A stretch of DNA of 59,718 nucleotides, filler included. It is 7 parts of 7 records of this genome, joined end to end, with 100 filler letters (N's around TTAATTAATTAA, not from the genome) between each part and the next. Parts side by side here need not be neighbours in the genome. Positions count along the whole stretch, not along the records: positions 1 to 7,531 come from SRR20825006_2041; positions 7,632 to 29,041 come from SRR20825006_2048; 5 more parts are not named here. The stretch is one strand, 5' to 3'. Each line of letters opens with the position of its first letter. Position 1 is the first letter of the stretch. Shown here piece by piece: positions 1-11,223 of this stretch. The notes below the pieces were generated by a model. It had not been told where the DNA came from. It ran no database searches and saw only the letters and a program-made list of their open reading frames with translations. The position numbers and the translations under genes are program-made.

Positions 1-1281
1 CTGACAGAAGTCGATATCGAAGTCAGGCATCGAAACACGTTCCGGGTTGAGGAAGCGTTCGAACAGCAACCCCCAGCGCAGCGGATCTAGATCGGTAATC
101 AAAAGCGAATAGGCGACAAGAGAACCCGCACCGGACCCACGGCCCGGGCCGACCGGAATGTTCCGTTCCTTGGCCCAGCCGATGAAGTCGGCAACGATCA
201 GGAAGTATCCTGGAAAGCCCATCTGTTCGATAATGCCAAGCTCGAAATCGAGCCTCTCATGGTAAGGCTTCGCCGCCTCGGCACGGGCAGCCTCGTCCAT
301 GCCCTCGGTAAAGACATGGGCCTCCAGCCGCTTCTTCAGCCCTTCCTCTGCCTGAGCTCGCAACTCCTCCGCTTCATTACGGCCACCGACCGTATCGAAT
401 GGCGGCAGGATCGGCGCCAGTTTCTCGGGCATGAAGCTGCAGCGCCGGGCAATGACCAGCGTGTTGTCGACGGCCTCCGGCAGATCGGAGAACAGCTCCC
501 GCATCTCCGCCGCGCTTTTGAACCGGTGATGCGGTGTCACACGACGGCGGTTCGGATTGCCGATTACCGTGCGCCCGGCAATGCACAGAAGCGCGTCATG
601 CGCCTCATACATTGCCTCGGTCGCGAACATGCACTCGTTCGTGGCCACAAGCGGGATGTCGTGCTTGTAGGCAAGATCGAGGAAAGGCGCTTCGGTGCGC
701 CTCTCAGCATCCGTAAAATGACGCTGGATTTCGACATATAGCCGGTCACCGAACAACGCCTTCAGATCCAGCAGCGCGGTTTCCGCCTCTTCCGCCCGGT
801 TATCCAGCAACAGCCGTCCGATTTTCCCTTCCGGGCCGCCGGTCAATGCGATCAAGCCGTCGCTCCGTCCTTCCAGATCATCGAACGGTATCTGCGGGGA
901 CTCGCCCGGGTCGGTCTTGGTAAAGGACCGGCTGATCAGATCCATCAGATTGCGGTAGCCTGCATCTGTCTGGGCAATCAGCACGATCTGATCGGTCTGG
1001 TTTGGCATATGCGCCGTACCGCCGACGACTTTCAAACCACTACGCGGCTCCGTGTCTGGCCGGCGGATAGCAAGCTGTGCTCCGATAATGGGCTGCACGC
1101 CGGCCCCGGATGCAGTCACCGCGAATTCGAGCGCACCAAACAGATTGCCGCTATCGGTCATCGCCACCGCCGGCATCGCGTTCTTGGTGGCGAGCGAAAC
1201 CAGCTCCTTGCCCTTGATCGCGCCTTCGGCAAGCGAATAGGCGGAATGGACGCGGAGATGAACGAAATCAGCGTGAGACAT
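1..1281 (-). CDS. dnaE: DNA polymerase III alpha subunit (N-terminal part; runs off window start)
   Basis: Manual translation: starts [23 protein letters not shown] (PHP domain) and ends [23 protein letters not shown] (Pol III catalytic motif); not in the ORF track. Confidence 0.97.
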   Translation of the reverse strand, partial: MSHADFVHLRVHSAYSLAEGAIKGKELVSLATKNAMPAVAMTDSGNLFGALEFAVTASGAGVQPIIGAQLAIRRPDTEPRSGLKVVGGTAHMPNQTDQIVLIAQTDAGYRNLMDLISRSFTKTDPGESPQIPFDDLEGRSDGLIALTGGPEGKIGRLLLDNRAEEAETALLDLKALFGDRLYVEIQRHFTDAERRTEAPFLDLAYKHDIPLVATNECMFATEAMYEAHDALLCIAGRTVIGNPNRRRVTPHHRFKSAAEMRELFSDLPEAVDNTLVIARRCSFMPEKLAPILPPFDTVGGRNEAEELRAQAEEGLKKRLEAHVFTEGMDEAARAEAAKPYHERLDFELGIIEQMGFPGYFLIVADFIGWAKERNIPVGPGRGSGAGSLVAYSLLITDLDPLRWGLLFERFLNPERVSMPDFDIDFCQ

Positions 1282-1387
1282 GCGGCCCTCTTAACAGCAA
1301 GTCCGGGATTGTTTCACAGCACCGCGGGAGCGTCAGCATGAACAACAGGCGAACACCTGCTATCCATCTATAATATTTTGATATCGC

Positions 1388-2137
1388 TTATTTAATTGAT
1401 TTTAGCGTGCCGTCCCGCAGCTCCACGATCCGGTCCATGGACCGGGCGATCTCGAGGTTGTGCGTGGCGATCAGAGCTGCGATTCCCGTTGCCGAGATAA
1501 TCCGGCGAAGCTGCTTGAAAACCTCGTCCGCTGTTTGCGGGTCAAGGTTCCCCGTAGGCTCATCAGCCAGAAGTACGGCAGGCACGTTTGCAATCGAGCG
1601 CACGATGGCAACCCGCTGCTGCTCACCGCCGGACAATTTCGCCGGACGATGCGTCTCGCGATTTTCCAGGCCGACCAGCTCAAGCAATTGCTTGGCCCGC
1701 TCCCGCGCCTCGCTCTTCGACAGGCCCGAGATCAGTTGCGGCATCATCACATTCTCAAGCGCGGAAAATTCCGGCAGAAGGTGATGGAACTGGTAGACAA
1801 AGCCGATCCCGTCACGCCGGATCCGGGTGCGCTCGGCCTCACTTGCCTGGCTGCAATATTCACCCTGGAAGATCACCTCGCCGGTGCTCGGCGGCTCCAG
1901 CAGGCCCGCGATATGCAGCAGCGTCGACTTGCCCGCCCCGGATGGCCCGACCAACGCCGTGACCTCACCGGCTTTAAGGCTGAGATCGATATCGTGCAGA
2001 ACCGTCAAGGTTCCCCCGGCTTCCTTGAAGCTGCGGGAGACGCCGCGCAACTCCAGCACGGCGTCGCTTGTCGTCCCGCCACGCGCAATCCGCTCAATAT
2101 CGGACATCCGTTGTTCCTTCGCCCCCAAATCACTCAT
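1388..2137 (-). CDS. lolD: Lipoprotein-releasing ABC transporter ATP-binding protein
   Basis: GPSGAGKST Walker [30 protein letters not shown]. Start chosen overlapping the lolC/E stop (ATGAGTGA); 2107 is an alternative start. Confidence 0.93.
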   Translation of the reverse strand: MSDLGAKEQRMSDIERIARGGTTSDAVLELRGVSRSFKEAGGTLTVLHDIDLSLKAGEVTALVGPSGAGKSTLLHIAGLLEPPSTGEVIFQGEYCSQASEAERTRIRRDGIGFVYQFHHLLPEFSALENVMMPQLISGLSKSEARERAKQLLELVGLENRETHRPAKLSGGEQQRVAIVRSIANVPAVLLADEPTGNLDPQTADEVFKQLRRIISATGIAALIATHNLEIARSMDRIVELRDGTLKSIK

Positions 2138-3374
2138 AGCGAAGGGCCTCCACCGGATCGAGCCGGGATGCACGCCAGGCCGGGTAGATGGTCGCGGCGA
2201 AAGACAGGAACAGCGCCATGGAAACCACCGTGATCACCTCAAGAGCGTCGACCTCGGCCGGCAGCTTCGACAGGAAATAGATCTCCGCCGAAAACAGTTC
2301 GGTCCCCGTCAGGCTCTGCAGGGCCTGACGGATGGATTCGATGTTGTCGCAGAACACCAGCCCGAGGATGGTCCCGCCGATCGTCCCGATCACACCGATG
2401 CTGGCCCCGGACATGAAGAAGATCCGCATCACCATGCCCTTGGACGCCCCCATGGTGCGCAGAATGGCGATGTCACGCCCCTTGTCCTTCACCAGCATGA
2501 TCATCGAGGAGATGATGTTGAAGGCGGCAACCAGAATGATCAGCGTCAGGATCAGGAACATGACGTTCCGTTCGACTTCCAGCGCGTTGAAAAAGCTCGA
2601 ATTCTGCTGCTTCCAGTCGAGCGAGTACTTATCCACGCCAATCACTTTTCGAAGCGGGATACGGACCTCGTCGACCTGTTGCGGGTCGTTCACCATCACT
2701 TCGACCGCGTTTACCGCATCGCCGCTTTTGAAGAAAGTCTGGGCGGCCTTCAGCGGCATGTAGATGAAGGTATTGTCGTATTCATACATGCCGACATTGA
2801 AGAGCGCCGCGACGGTGAAGGCCCGCATCCGTGGCACACTGCCGATCACGGTGGTCGTGGTGCTGGGCGAGATCAGCGTGATCTTGTCGCCTACCCCGAC
2901 CCGGAGACGGCGCGCCAGCCTTGCCCCCATGATTACCCCGCTCTTGCCACTGAATTCCTCCAACGACCCGGCGATGATGTTGTCGGGCACGATCTGGCGG
3001 CTGAGCAATGCACTGGCCCGGAGACCGCGCACCAGGGCACCAGAGGCGATGCCGTTTGCCATGGCCATCACCTGGCCTTCAAGCTGTGGCGTGACCGTCA
3101 GCACGCCCGGAATTTCACCGATGCTGACAGCCAGCTCATCAAAGCCCTCAATCGGGGCGCCCTTGCTGTAGACCGACATATGGCCGTTGAGGCCGAGTAT
3201 CCGGCCGACCAGCTCCGCCCGGAAGCCGTTCATCACCGACATGACGATGATCAGGGTCGCAACCCCGAGGCCGATGCCGAGCAGGGAAAATCCCGCAATG
3301 ACGGAGATAAAACCTTCCTGGCGGCGGGAGCGCAGATACCGCATGGCGACCATGCGCTCGAATATGCCGAACAT
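2130..3374 (-). CDS. lolE: Lipoprotein-releasing ABC transporter permease, LolC/E family
   Basis: [16 protein letters not shown]...[41 protein letters not shown]; lies between proS and lolD. Confidence 0.92.
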   Translation of the reverse strand: MFGIFERMVAMRYLRSRRQEGFISVIAGFSLLGIGLGVATLIIVMSVMNGFRAELVGRILGLNGHMSVYSKGAPIEGFDELAVSIGEIPGVLTVTPQLEGQVMAMANGIASGALVRGLRASALLSRQIVPDNIIAGSLEEFSGKSGVIMGARLARRLRVGVGDKITLISPSTTTTVIGSVPRMRAFTVAALFNVGMYEYDNTFIYMPLKAAQTFFKSGDAVNAVEVMVNDPQQVDEVRIPLRKVIGVDKYSLDWKQQNSSFFNALEVERNVMFLILTLIILVAAFNIISSMIMLVKDKGRDIAILRTMGASKGMVMRIFFMSGASIGVIGTIGGTILGLVFCDNIESIRQALQSLTGTELFSAEIYFLSKLPAEVDALEVITVVSMALFLSFAATIYPAWRASRLDPVEALRYE

Positions 3375-3401
3375 TAAGAACCCCTTAGAGCCGGACCCCA
3401 A

Positions 3402-4721
3402 TCAGGAAGCGAACCTGTTCAGGACCGCTTCCGGTGTCATTTCCTCGACGTCACCGCTCTTGCGGTTCTTCACCTCGACCACGCCGGACTTCAGCCCGCG
3501 CGGACCGACAAGGATCTGCCACGGCACGCCGATAAGATCGAGATTGGCCATCTTCGCGCCGGGACGCTCGTCCCGGTCATCGATCAACGTCTCGATACCG
3601 GCCGCCGAGAGCTTGGCATATAGGTCTTCGCAGACCGATGTGCATCCCTCATCGTCGGTTTTCAGATTGGCAATGCCAACGGTGAAGGGCGCAACCTGCT
3701 CCGGCCAGATGATGCCCTTGTCGTCGTGGCTGGCCTCGATGATCGCGCCGACCAGACGGGAAACCCCGACACCGTAGGATCCCATATGCACCGGCACATC
3801 CCCGCCTTCCGGCGCCGAGACCACGGCATTCAACGGAGCGGAATATTTGGTGCCGAAATAGAAGATTTGCCCGACTTCAATGCCCCGGCGTTCCTTCAGG
3901 TTTTCCTCCGGCACCGGCGCTTCGCCCGGAACGTGCTTCTCGTCGGTCGCGGCATAGAGCGACGTATAGCGCTCGACGATGCCGTTCACCTCGTCCATGT
4001 CCGCGTAATTCACGTTCATGTTGGCGAAGTCCTGATTTTCCCAGGCCTGATCATAGAACACCCCGCTCTCACCGGTATCGGCGAGGACGATGAACTCATG
4101 GGAGAGATCGCCGCCGATCGGGCCGGTATCGGCCTTCATCGGAATGGCGCTCAGGCCCATGCGGGCATAGGTCTTCAGGTAGGCGACGAACATCTTGTTG
4201 TAGGAATCCACCGCGCCTTCATAGGTCGTGTCGAAGGAATAGTTATCCTTCATCAGGAACTCACGCCCCCTCATCACGCCGAACCTGGGCCGCACCTCGT
4301 CCCGGAACTTCCACTGGATGTGATAGAGCATCAGCGGCAGCGCCTTGTAGCTGCGCACATGGGTCCGGAAGATATCGGTGATCAGCTCCTCATTGGTCGG
4401 ACCATAGAGCATGTCGCGCCCGTGCCTGTCCTCGATCCGCAGCATTTCCTTGCCGTAATCGTCGTACCGGCCGCTTTCGCGCCAGAGATCGGCTGACTGG
4501 ATGGTCGGCATCAGGACTTCCTGGGCACCGGCCGCGTCCTGTTCCTCTCGGACGATCTGCTCGATCTTGCGCAAAACCTTGTAGCCGAGCGGGAGCCAGG
4601 AATAGATCCCGGCGCTGGATTGCTGGATCATCCCGGCGCGCAACATCAGGCGGTGGGAGACGATCTGCGCCTCCTTCGGATTTTCACGCAGCGTGGGCAG
4701 AAAATAAGCGGAAAGACGCAT
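3402..4721 (-). CDS. proS: Proline--tRNA ligase (short alphaproteobacterial type)
   Basis: [47 protein letters not shown]; anticodon-binding domain; no INS editing domain. Confidence 0.97.
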   Translation of the reverse strand: MRLSAYFLPTLRENPKEAQIVSHRLMLRAGMIQQSSAGIYSWLPLGYKVLRKIEQIVREEQDAAGAQEVLMPTIQSADLWRESGRYDDYGKEMLRIEDRHGRDMLYGPTNEELITDIFRTHVRSYKALPLMLYHIQWKFRDEVRPRFGVMRGREFLMKDNYSFDTTYEGAVDSYNKMFVAYLKTYARMGLSAIPMKADTGPIGGDLSHEFIVLADTGESGVFYDQAWENQDFANMNVNYADMDEVNGIVERYTSLYAATDEKHVPGEAPVPEENLKERRGIEVGQIFYFGTKYSAPLNAVVSAPEGGDVPVHMGSYGVGVSRLVGAIIEASHDDKGIIWPEQVAPFTVGIANLKTDDEGCTSVCEDLYAKLSAAGIETLIDDRDERPGAKMANLDLIGVPWQILVGPRGLKSGVVEVKNRKSGDVEEMTPEAVLNRFAS

Positions 4722-4826
4722 GGAATCCTCTGTGGTCTGGAAGTCTTGTCCCTGACCGCACGGAGCGGCGTAACGGGGCGGCATAGCGCCGCGACACTCT
4801 ATGGAAAGCCTTTTCGGCTGTCCAAA

Positions 4827-4860
4827 CGAAAACGCGGCCCGTCAACCGGCCGCGTTTTCG
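4827..4860. terminator. Hairpin, probable terminator of the MarR gene
   Basis: CGAAAACGCGGCC-N8-GGCCGCGTTTTCG perfect 13-bp inverted repeat between the MarR stop and proS. Confidence 0.6.
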
Positions 4861-4911
4861 CTGATTTATTGGTTTTCCAGACATGCCCGGACAGACACGC
4901 CTGAACAGGTA

Positions 4912-5433
4912 TCAAACTGGCGGCATACCGCCCCTGATCCCGAAATTGAGCAACCCCATCCAGAACCGCTCGAGCTCCCGATACACCGTGCTCGACTCGT
5001 TCAGGCGATCAGGGTTTCCGCCGGAGTCCCCAAGAGCCGAAGCGTGGCGATCGAACATTTCGGTGACAAACCCGCAAAGCTCCAGCCCCTTGTCGGAGAG
5101 CTTCACCCGGATCGACCGGCGATCATGCGCGGATCGTTCCTGCGCGAGATAACCGTTCTCGACCATCTTGCGGACGTTGTAGGACACGTTCGAGCCGAGA
5201 TAATAACCCCGGTTCGTCAGCTCCCCTACCGTCAGTTCCTCGCTCCCGATATTGAACAATATCAGGGCCTGGATGTTGTTGATGTCTTCGATCCCCTTCC
5301 GGTCGAGCTCCATCTTCACAACTTCAAGAAATTGTCTGTGAAGACGCTCGATCAGTTTGATCGCTTCCAAGTACTCGTTTTTGATCGCGGAAGGGTCCGC
5401 TGTATTCTGGTCCGGTGTCGTCACGCCCGACAT
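4912..5433 (-). CDS. MarR-family transcriptional regulator (LdtR-like)
   Basis: IERLHRQFLEVVK...QALILFNIG...ELTNRGYYLGSNVSYNVRKM...DRRSIRVKLSDKG, conserved alphaproteobacterial MarR signature. Confidence 0.88.
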   Translation of the reverse strand: MSGVTTPDQNTADPSAIKNEYLEAIKLIERLHRQFLEVVKMELDRKGIEDINNIQALILFNIGSEELTVGELTNRGYYLGSNVSYNVRKMVENGYLAQERSAHDRRSIRVKLSDKGLELCGFVTEMFDRHASALGDSGGNPDRLNESSTVYRELERFWMGLLNFGIRGGMPPV

Positions 5434-5515
5434 AAGCCTCCGAACTCCAATATTAGCTATGAATTAGTTACAATAGTGCTCGTTCTTGTAACGTCAAAAA
5501 CACGTAACACGCAAC

Positions 5516-6397
5516 CTAATTGGCGCGAAGTTTCGTGAATACAGCGGAGAAATCCAGACCACCATTCCCCTCTGCAACGAAGTTTCCGTAGAATTCCGCT
5601 GCCTTTTCCCCCATCGGAGTTGTGGCTTTGGCGGATTTCGCAGCCTGTTGCGACAGATCCAGATCCTTCAGCATCATCGCCGCGCTGAAGCCGGGTTGAT
5701 AGTCCCGATTCGCCGGAGACGTCGGAACAGGACCCGGAACCGGGCAATAATTGGTCATCGCCCAGCATTGTCCGGAAGACTTAGAGCTGATGTCGAAGAG
5801 CTTCTGTCTCTCCAAACCGAGTTTGTCCGCAAGAGCGAAGGCTTCGGACACGGCAATCATGGAAATACCGAGCACCATGTTGTTGCAGATCTTGGCGGCC
5901 TGACCGCTCCCGCTGCCACCCGCATGAACAATCGTCGCCCCCATGATATCGAGCAGCGGACTGGCACGCTCGAACGCAACATCGTCGCCGCCGACCATGA
6001 AGGTCAACGTGCCGGCCTCGGCCCCGCCCGTGCCCCCGGAAACCGGCGCATCGAGCATGGGGAAACCTTTAGCCGCGGCATCCGCCGCCACCGCCCGCGC
6101 GGTATCCACATCGATGGTCGAGCAATCGACGAAGAGTGTTCCCGCAGCCGCATTAGGGAGCACGCTCTCCTCGTAAACCGCCCGGACGTGCTTTCCCGCA
6201 GGCAACATAGTGACCACCACCTCGGCACCGCTCACAGCTTCAGCAGCACTTGATGCGGCCGTGCCGCCTGCGGAAGTGAGTTTTTCCAGGCTCTCCGCGG
6301 AAAGGTCAAAGCCGTGCACATCATGGCCTGCGGCCAGCAGATTCCGGGCCATCGGCAGGCCCATATTGCCAAGCCCGATGAATGCGATAGTGGTCAT
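5516..6397 (-). CDS. mmsB: 3-hydroxyisobutyrate dehydrogenase
   Basis: FIGLGNMGLPMARNL, DAPVSGG, AAKICNNM, PGPVPTSPANRDY. Confidence 0.95.
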   Translation of the reverse strand: MTTIAFIGLGNMGLPMARNLLAAGHDVHGFDLSAESLEKLTSAGGTAASSAAEAVSGAEVVVTMLPAGKHVRAVYEESVLPNAAAGTLFVDCSTIDVDTARAVAADAAAKGFPMLDAPVSGGTGGAEAGTLTFMVGGDDVAFERASPLLDIMGATIVHAGGSGSGQAAKICNNMVLGISMIAVSEAFALADKLGLERQKLFDISSKSSGQCWAMTNYCPVPGPVPTSPANRDYQPGFSAAMMLKDLDLSQQAAKSAKATTPMGEKAAEFYGNFVAEGNGGLDFSAVFTKLRAN

Positions 6398-6459
6398 GTG
6401 TTAGCTCCCTCGTCCTTATTGTTTTCTTATATTCAGGCCTGTGCGGCTCCGCTTTCAGA

Positions 6460-7527
6460 TCAGAGCCCGATCTTGCCGTCTGCTTCAAAATAGGCGGCGA
6501 CCATCTCCGGCGTGACCGCCTCAAGTGTCGACGGCGTCCATTTCGGCGTCCGGTCCTTGTCGACCAGCAATGCCCTGACCCCCTCAAAGAAGTCATCGGC
6601 GATCATGAAGCTTTGGACCATGGTGAATTCCATCGCCAGATCCTCGGCTAGGCTGGCGCAACGCGCGCCCCGGCGCACCATTTCCAGTGTGACCTTGAGG
6701 CTGGTCGGAGAACGGTGCTCCAGCATGGCGGCGGTCTCTTCAGCGAAGCTGCCGCCATCCGCCTTCAGGGCTGCGAGGATATCCTCAACCCGGTCATAGG
6801 CGAATGCGCTGTCGATCACGGCACGATGCTCAGCCAAGGGCGCATCGCCAGCGGCGGTTGCATGCTCGGACAGCAGAACCGAAATCCGGCCAGCCGCATC
6901 TCCCTCGAGATCAAGCGTCAGCAACTCCGCGCGCAATGCCGGCAACGACTCGCTGGGCACGTAATGCGTCGCCGCCTCTATGTAGAGGCAATCCGCGGCC
7001 TTCACCAACGCCCCGGTGAGCGCAAGATAGGTGCCGAGTTCTCCCGGGCAACGCGGCAGGAACCAGCCGCCGCCGACATCGGGAAACAGGCCGATACCGG
7101 TTTCCGGCATGGCGAAGAGCGTGCGCTCGGTCGCGATTCGGAAATTTCCATGCACCGAAATGCCAACACCGCCGCCCATCGTTACACCGTCCAGCAACGC
7201 GACATAGGGCTTCGGATAGTCGGAAATCGACCGGTTCAGACGATATTCCTCACCGAAGAAATCCAGCATCAGCTTGGTCGGCTGGCCCGTCTCGCCCTCT
7301 TCCAGGCGCGAGCGGCGTACCGCGACAACATCCCCGCCGGCACAGAATGATTTTTCACCGGCTCCCTCGATCAGGATGGCCCCGATCTTCGGATCCTCGG
7401 CCCAGGCGTCAAGCTGCACCTGCATCGCCCGGATCATGTCCAGTGTCAGCGAATTCAGGGCGCGCTGGCGATCCAGGGTGATGCAGCCAATGGCGCCCTG
7501 AACTTCAAAACGAACGTCTTCCGTCAT
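6460..7527 (-). CDS. Enoyl-CoA hydratase/isomerase family, 3-hydroxyisobutyryl-CoA hydrolase-like
   Basis: FCAGGD, MGGGVG, AMPETGIGLFPDVG, DFFEGVRALLVDKD; upstream of mmsB (valine catabolism). Confidence 0.9.
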   Translation of the reverse strand: MTEDVRFEVQGAIGCITLDRQRALNSLTLDMIRAMQVQLDAWAEDPKIGAILIEGAGEKSFCAGGDVVAVRRSRLEEGETGQPTKLMLDFFGEEYRLNRSISDYPKPYVALLDGVTMGGGVGISVHGNFRIATERTLFAMPETGIGLFPDVGGGWFLPRCPGELGTYLALTGALVKAADCLYIEAATHYVPSESLPALRAELLTLDLEGDAAGRISVLLSEHATAAGDAPLAEHRAVIDSAFAYDRVEDILAALKADGGSFAEETAAMLEHRSPTSLKVTLEMVRRGARCASLAEDLAMEFTMVQSFMIADDFFEGVRALLVDKDRTPKWTPSTLEAVTPEMVAAYFEADGKIGL

Positions 7528-7531
7528 TGAT

Positions 7532-7631
7532 NNNNNNNNNNNNNNNNNNNNNNNNNNNNNNNNNNNNNNNNNNNNTTAATTAATTAANNNNNNNNNNNNN
7601 NNNNNNNNNNNNNNNNNNNNNNNNNNNNNNN
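7532..7631. other. Artificial contig linker
   Basis: 44 N + TTAATTAATTAA (stops in all six frames) + 44 N. Confidence 0.99.
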
Positions 7632-7900
7632 GTGCATTGCACGGCCTGGTGCCGGAGCTGAATCTGGCACTGGAGCTGGAGCATACGGAAGCAATCAAGC
7701 GGGCGGTGGAAACCGGGTTGGGAATCAGTTGCCTGTCACGGGTGTGCCTGCAGGAGGCGTTCAAGCGGGGTTCGCTGGTGGAGCTGGCGGTGCCGCACCG
7801 GGATTTCAGCCGGGAATTCTATTTTGTGCTGCATCGCCAGAAGTACCGCAGCCCTGGCATTGAGAGGTGGCTGGAATTATGTCGCGAATCCGTACTGTAA
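7632..7900 (+). CDS. LysR-family regulator, C-terminal fragment (5'-truncated by gap)
   Basis: LELEHTEAIKRAVETGLGISCLSR...REFYFVLHRQKY, LysR substrate-binding domain end. Confidence 0.85.
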
Positions 7901-8412
7901 TCCGTCGCGGCCTGTGGCTGCTGCTGTTTGTGCTGGTGGCAGGTTTGCTGCTGCCGGAGGCCCGGCAGGTGCCGGTGCAGGGCGCAGACCGCAATGACTG
8001 GCACCCCCAGACTTTCTGGTATCACCCCTGGGGCAAGTCCGGTGTCCACAAGGGCGTGGATATCTTTGCTGATGCGGGAACGCCGGTGATCGCCAGCAGT
8101 GGCGGGCTGGTGCTGTATCGCGGTGAGCTGTCGCGGGGCGGCAAGGTGGTGCTGATGTTGGGGCCGAAATGGCGGCTGCACTACTACGCCCATTTGCAGG
8201 GCATCGCCGACAGTGGCATTTGGCTGGAGGCGGGTGCGTTGGTGGGCACCGTGGGGGACAGTGGCAATGCGGCGGGCAAACCGCCGCATCTGCACTATTC
8301 TCTGGTGAGTCTGTTGCCGCTGTTCTGGCGGGCAGACGAGGCGCCGCAGGGCTGGAAGAAGATGTTCTTCCTGGACCCCACGACACATTTTGTTATCAGG
8401 CAGGGCGCCTGA
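7879..8412 (+). CDS. M23-family metallopeptidase
   Basis: HKGVDIFA (HxxxD), YYAHL, PPHLHY (HxH); N-terminal hydrophobic anchor. Confidence 0.9.
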   Translation: MSRIRTVIRRGLWLLLFVLVAGLLLPEARQVPVQGADRNDWHPQTFWYHPWGKSGVHKGVDIFADAGTPVIASSGGLVLYRGELSRGGKVVLMLGPKWRLHYYAHLQGIADSGIWLEAGALVGTVGDSGNAAGKPPHLHYSLVSLLPLFWRADEAPQGWKKMFFLDPTTHFVIRQGA

Positions 8413-8413
8413 T

Positions 8414-10117
8414 TCAGTCAATTTTCTCGAAATAGCCCAGCACTTTCATGGCGGCCAGGGTGCTGCCGTCGATATCCAGGTCGTCACCGGCCAGGGCGGT
8501 GGCCGGATTCTGGACTCCGGCGGCAATGGCTTTCCAGGTGGCTTCGGTGGTATCCAGCGTGGCGACCACGTCGTCATCAATGCCGCTGTGTACCTTGGCC
8601 ACACCACGCCGGATGCGCAGGGTGAATTGCTTGCCGCTCTCCCGGAAGGCGTAACCCAGCGCCACGTTTTCCTCGAGGGTCTCTTCAGCCTTGAGCAGTG
8701 CGGGCATGGCATGCAGGAAGTTCTCTATGGGCAGGGTGGCGAGGAAGTCTTCGCTCATCTGTGTGCGGAAGCCGGGCTTGAGCCCGTCCTGTACTTCCCG
8801 GGCCACGGTGAAGTAGTAGTTGCGCGCGTTGGGGTTGGCTTCTTTTTCGCCCAGCTGGCGCAATGCGTCGGCACGCAGGGTTTTCACCGTATCGTTGTCC
8901 GGCATCAGGATCATCAGATGGTCACTGAGATCCAGCGCCCATTGGGCATCGCTATCATTCAGCGCTTTTTGTGCGCTCTCCAGCAGGGCGTCGTTGCCGC
9001 CGGCCAGGGTGGCCATGCGGTGCGCTTCTTCCGGTTCGGCCAGCGGCTGCAGCTCGCTGGGATTGCCGCTGAACCAGCCCAGGTAGCCATCGAACACGGA
9101 GCGCACCGACCAGCTGACCTTGCCGTAGAACTCCTGCAGCCAGGGGTTGCTGGCCAGGTGTTCGGGCAGCTGCACTTTCTCGACGATCTGGTCCGGGGTC
9201 AGGCCCAGGTTCATGTAGCGCAGGGTCTGGTCGTGTACAAAGTTGATGGCGTCGCTGTAGTCGGTCAGTAGCTCAGCCACCTTGTCCTGGCCGTGCACCG
9301 GACGGGTGTGGCTGGGCACCAGATGCTTGGCGCCCAGGGCGCGGATCTGGTCCAGGCTGTTGGCCCACTGTTTCACGTCGCGGTAGTAGGTGCCGCGAAT
9401 GGTGTAGAGGTTGGGGAAGGTCTGGTAGATGTTATCGCCGGTGAGGACAGTCTGTTTTTCCGGCAGCCAGACGAAAAGCTGGTCTTCCGTTTCGCCGGGG
9501 GCATGCACCAGCTCGATCTGGATGCCGGCGATGTTGACGGACAACTTGTCATCGAAGGTGTGAGTGGGCGGCAGGGCATACAGCTCGCTTTCCGGGGTGA
9601 TGCTCAGATGCGGGCCGATACCATCATTGATATGTTCGCCATGGGGCAGATGGTTGCCAAACATGCGCATGGAGCGGGCGGTAATGATGGGGCGAATCTG
9701 GTTGACCACCCGGTTGATGTAATAGCTGGTGCTTTCGTGGGCGTAGACAGGAATGTCCTTGCCCTCGGCAAAACCGGCAGCACCAAAAACGTGGTCGCTG
9801 TGATTGTGCGTATAGATGATGGCTTTCACTGGCTTGTCGGTGATCTTGCGAAATTCCGCCAGTACAGTGCGCGCCTCATCAGCACTCTCCATGGTATCGA
9901 CGATAATGATGCCGTCGTCACCTTCCAGCATAATGGAGTTGGCGAGTCCGTAGCCGATGGCCACATAAACCCCGTCGGTGACCTTCTCCACCCCTTTATG
10001 GAACAGCTCGCTGTGCGCTTTGAGCGCATCTGGGGCCAGCTGGGTGGTACTCTTAACGGGTTGCTCTTCCCCGCATGCCGCCAGCAGGGCGGCCAATAAA
10101 ACAAACAGGTAGCGCAT
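8414..10117 (-). CDS. Alkyl/aryl sulfatase (SdsA1-like MBL hydrolase with dimerisation and SCP2-like domains), lipoprotein
   Basis: THNHSDH MBL motif, APGET, PNLYTIRG, PSH; lipobox LLAAC. Confidence 0.88.
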   Translation of the reverse strand: MRYLFVLLAALLAACGEEQPVKSTTQLAPDALKAHSELFHKGVEKVTDGVYVAIGYGLANSIMLEGDDGIIIVDTMESADEARTVLAEFRKITDKPVKAIIYTHNHSDHVFGAAGFAEGKDIPVYAHESTSYYINRVVNQIRPIITARSMRMFGNHLPHGEHINDGIGPHLSITPESELYALPPTHTFDDKLSVNIAGIQIELVHAPGETEDQLFVWLPEKQTVLTGDNIYQTFPNLYTIRGTYYRDVKQWANSLDQIRALGAKHLVPSHTRPVHGQDKVAELLTDYSDAINFVHDQTLRYMNLGLTPDQIVEKVQLPEHLASNPWLQEFYGKVSWSVRSVFDGYLGWFSGNPSELQPLAEPEEAHRMATLAGGNDALLESAQKALNDSDAQWALDLSDHLMILMPDNDTVKTLRADALRQLGEKEANPNARNYYFTVAREVQDGLKPGFRTQMSEDFLATLPIENFLHAMPALLKAEETLEENVALGYAFRESGKQFTLRIRRGVAKVHSGIDDDVVATLDTTEATWKAIAAGVQNPATALAGDDLDIDGSTLAAMKVLGYFEKID

Positions 10118-10227
10118 GGTGTTCTCTTTTTTTGTGGGTGATCCCTGCAGGCTAGTGTCGGCCCGGCTTTGGGCAAAGGTTCCCGGTGGCCAGAGTGCAG
10201 TGCTCTGTGGCCACTGAGCGCTTACCG

Positions 10228-11223
10228 ATGACGTCTACGACGGTGGCCGCCTGGCCGTTGGCGGTGCTGGAAACCCTCAATGGCTATGGTGTGGATGGCC
10301 CGGCTTTGCTGGCCGAGGCGGGGCTGGACCTGGCCGTGCTACGCGCCAACCCCGGTGGGCGGGTACCCACCGATGCCATGACCCGACTGTGGACGCTGGC
10401 CATCGAGCAGAGTGACGACCCGGGCATGGGACTCCGGGTGGGCAAGACGTCCCTGCCCATGCATCTGCGGGTGATGGGTTTGCTGATCCAGACTGCGCCG
10501 ACATTGGGCCACATTCTGGATGTGGCGGTGCGCTATCAGCGGCTGATTTCCACCGGGGTGGTGGTGCGGTTGCAGCAACGCCCGGATGCGGTGGGGTTGG
10601 AGATTTGCTGCCTGCCGGATGTGGCCCTGCACCCGGCCTCCATCGATGCGTTTGTGGCGGCCCATGTGAGTAACCTGCGGCGCCTGTCACCGGAGGGTGG
10701 CGTGCAGCAGGTGGCATTGCAGCGTTCGGCACCTGCCGATTCTGCGCCTTGGTCACAGGTTCTGGGGTGCCCGGTGACGTTCGGTCAGCCGGGCAATATC
10801 ATCTGGCATCATCGCGATCGGCTGACCGCACCGTTGTTGCTGGGGGATGCTGGTTTGTGGCGGCAGCACGAGACGTTGGCGCGGCAAGAGCTGGCCGCAC
10901 TGGATGCCACCCCCCCGTTAATTCAAACCCTGCAGGGATTATTGCGCGCTAATGGTGATGTCTTGCCGGGTTTGGGTGAGCTGGCTGTCGCGGTGGCCAT
11001 GAGCGAGCGTTCCCTGCGCCGGCGGCTGGCCGAATTGGGTAGCGGTTACCGGCAACTGGTGGATGCCTGGCGGGCAGAGCGGGCCGGTCAACTGGTGCGC
11101 GGCGGTGATAGCTTGGCAGAGGTGGCTCACCGGCTCGGGTTTTCCGATGCCAGCAATTTCAGCAAGGCGTTTCGCCGTTGGTACGGTGTGAGCCCCGACA
11201 CCTATCGACAGCAGGATTATTGA
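10228..11223 (+). CDS. AraC-family transcriptional regulator
   Basis: C-terminal MSERSLRRRL...LGFSDASNFSKAFRRWYGVSP; divergent from the sulfatase. Confidence 0.92.
   Translation: MTSTTVAAWPLAVLETLNGYGVDGPALLAEAGLDLAVLRANPGGRVPTDAMTRLWTLAIEQSDDPGMGLRVGKTSLPMHLRVMGLLIQTAPTLGHILDVAVRYQRLISTGVVVRLQQRPDAVGLEICCLPDVALHPASIDAFVAAHVSNLRRLSPEGGVQQVALQRSAPADSAPWSQVLGCPVTFGQPGNIIWHHRDRLTAPLLLGDAGLWRQHETLARQELAALDATPPLIQTLQGLLRANGDVLPGLGELAVAVAMSERSLRRRLAELGSGYRQLVDAWRAERAGQLVRGGDSLAEVAHRLGFSDASNFSKAFRRWYGVSPDTYRQQDY

Noticed and set aside
7576-7587. TTAATTAATTAA palindrome repeated six times
   Set aside because: Always centred in N runs; a synthetic all-frame-stop linker, not biological
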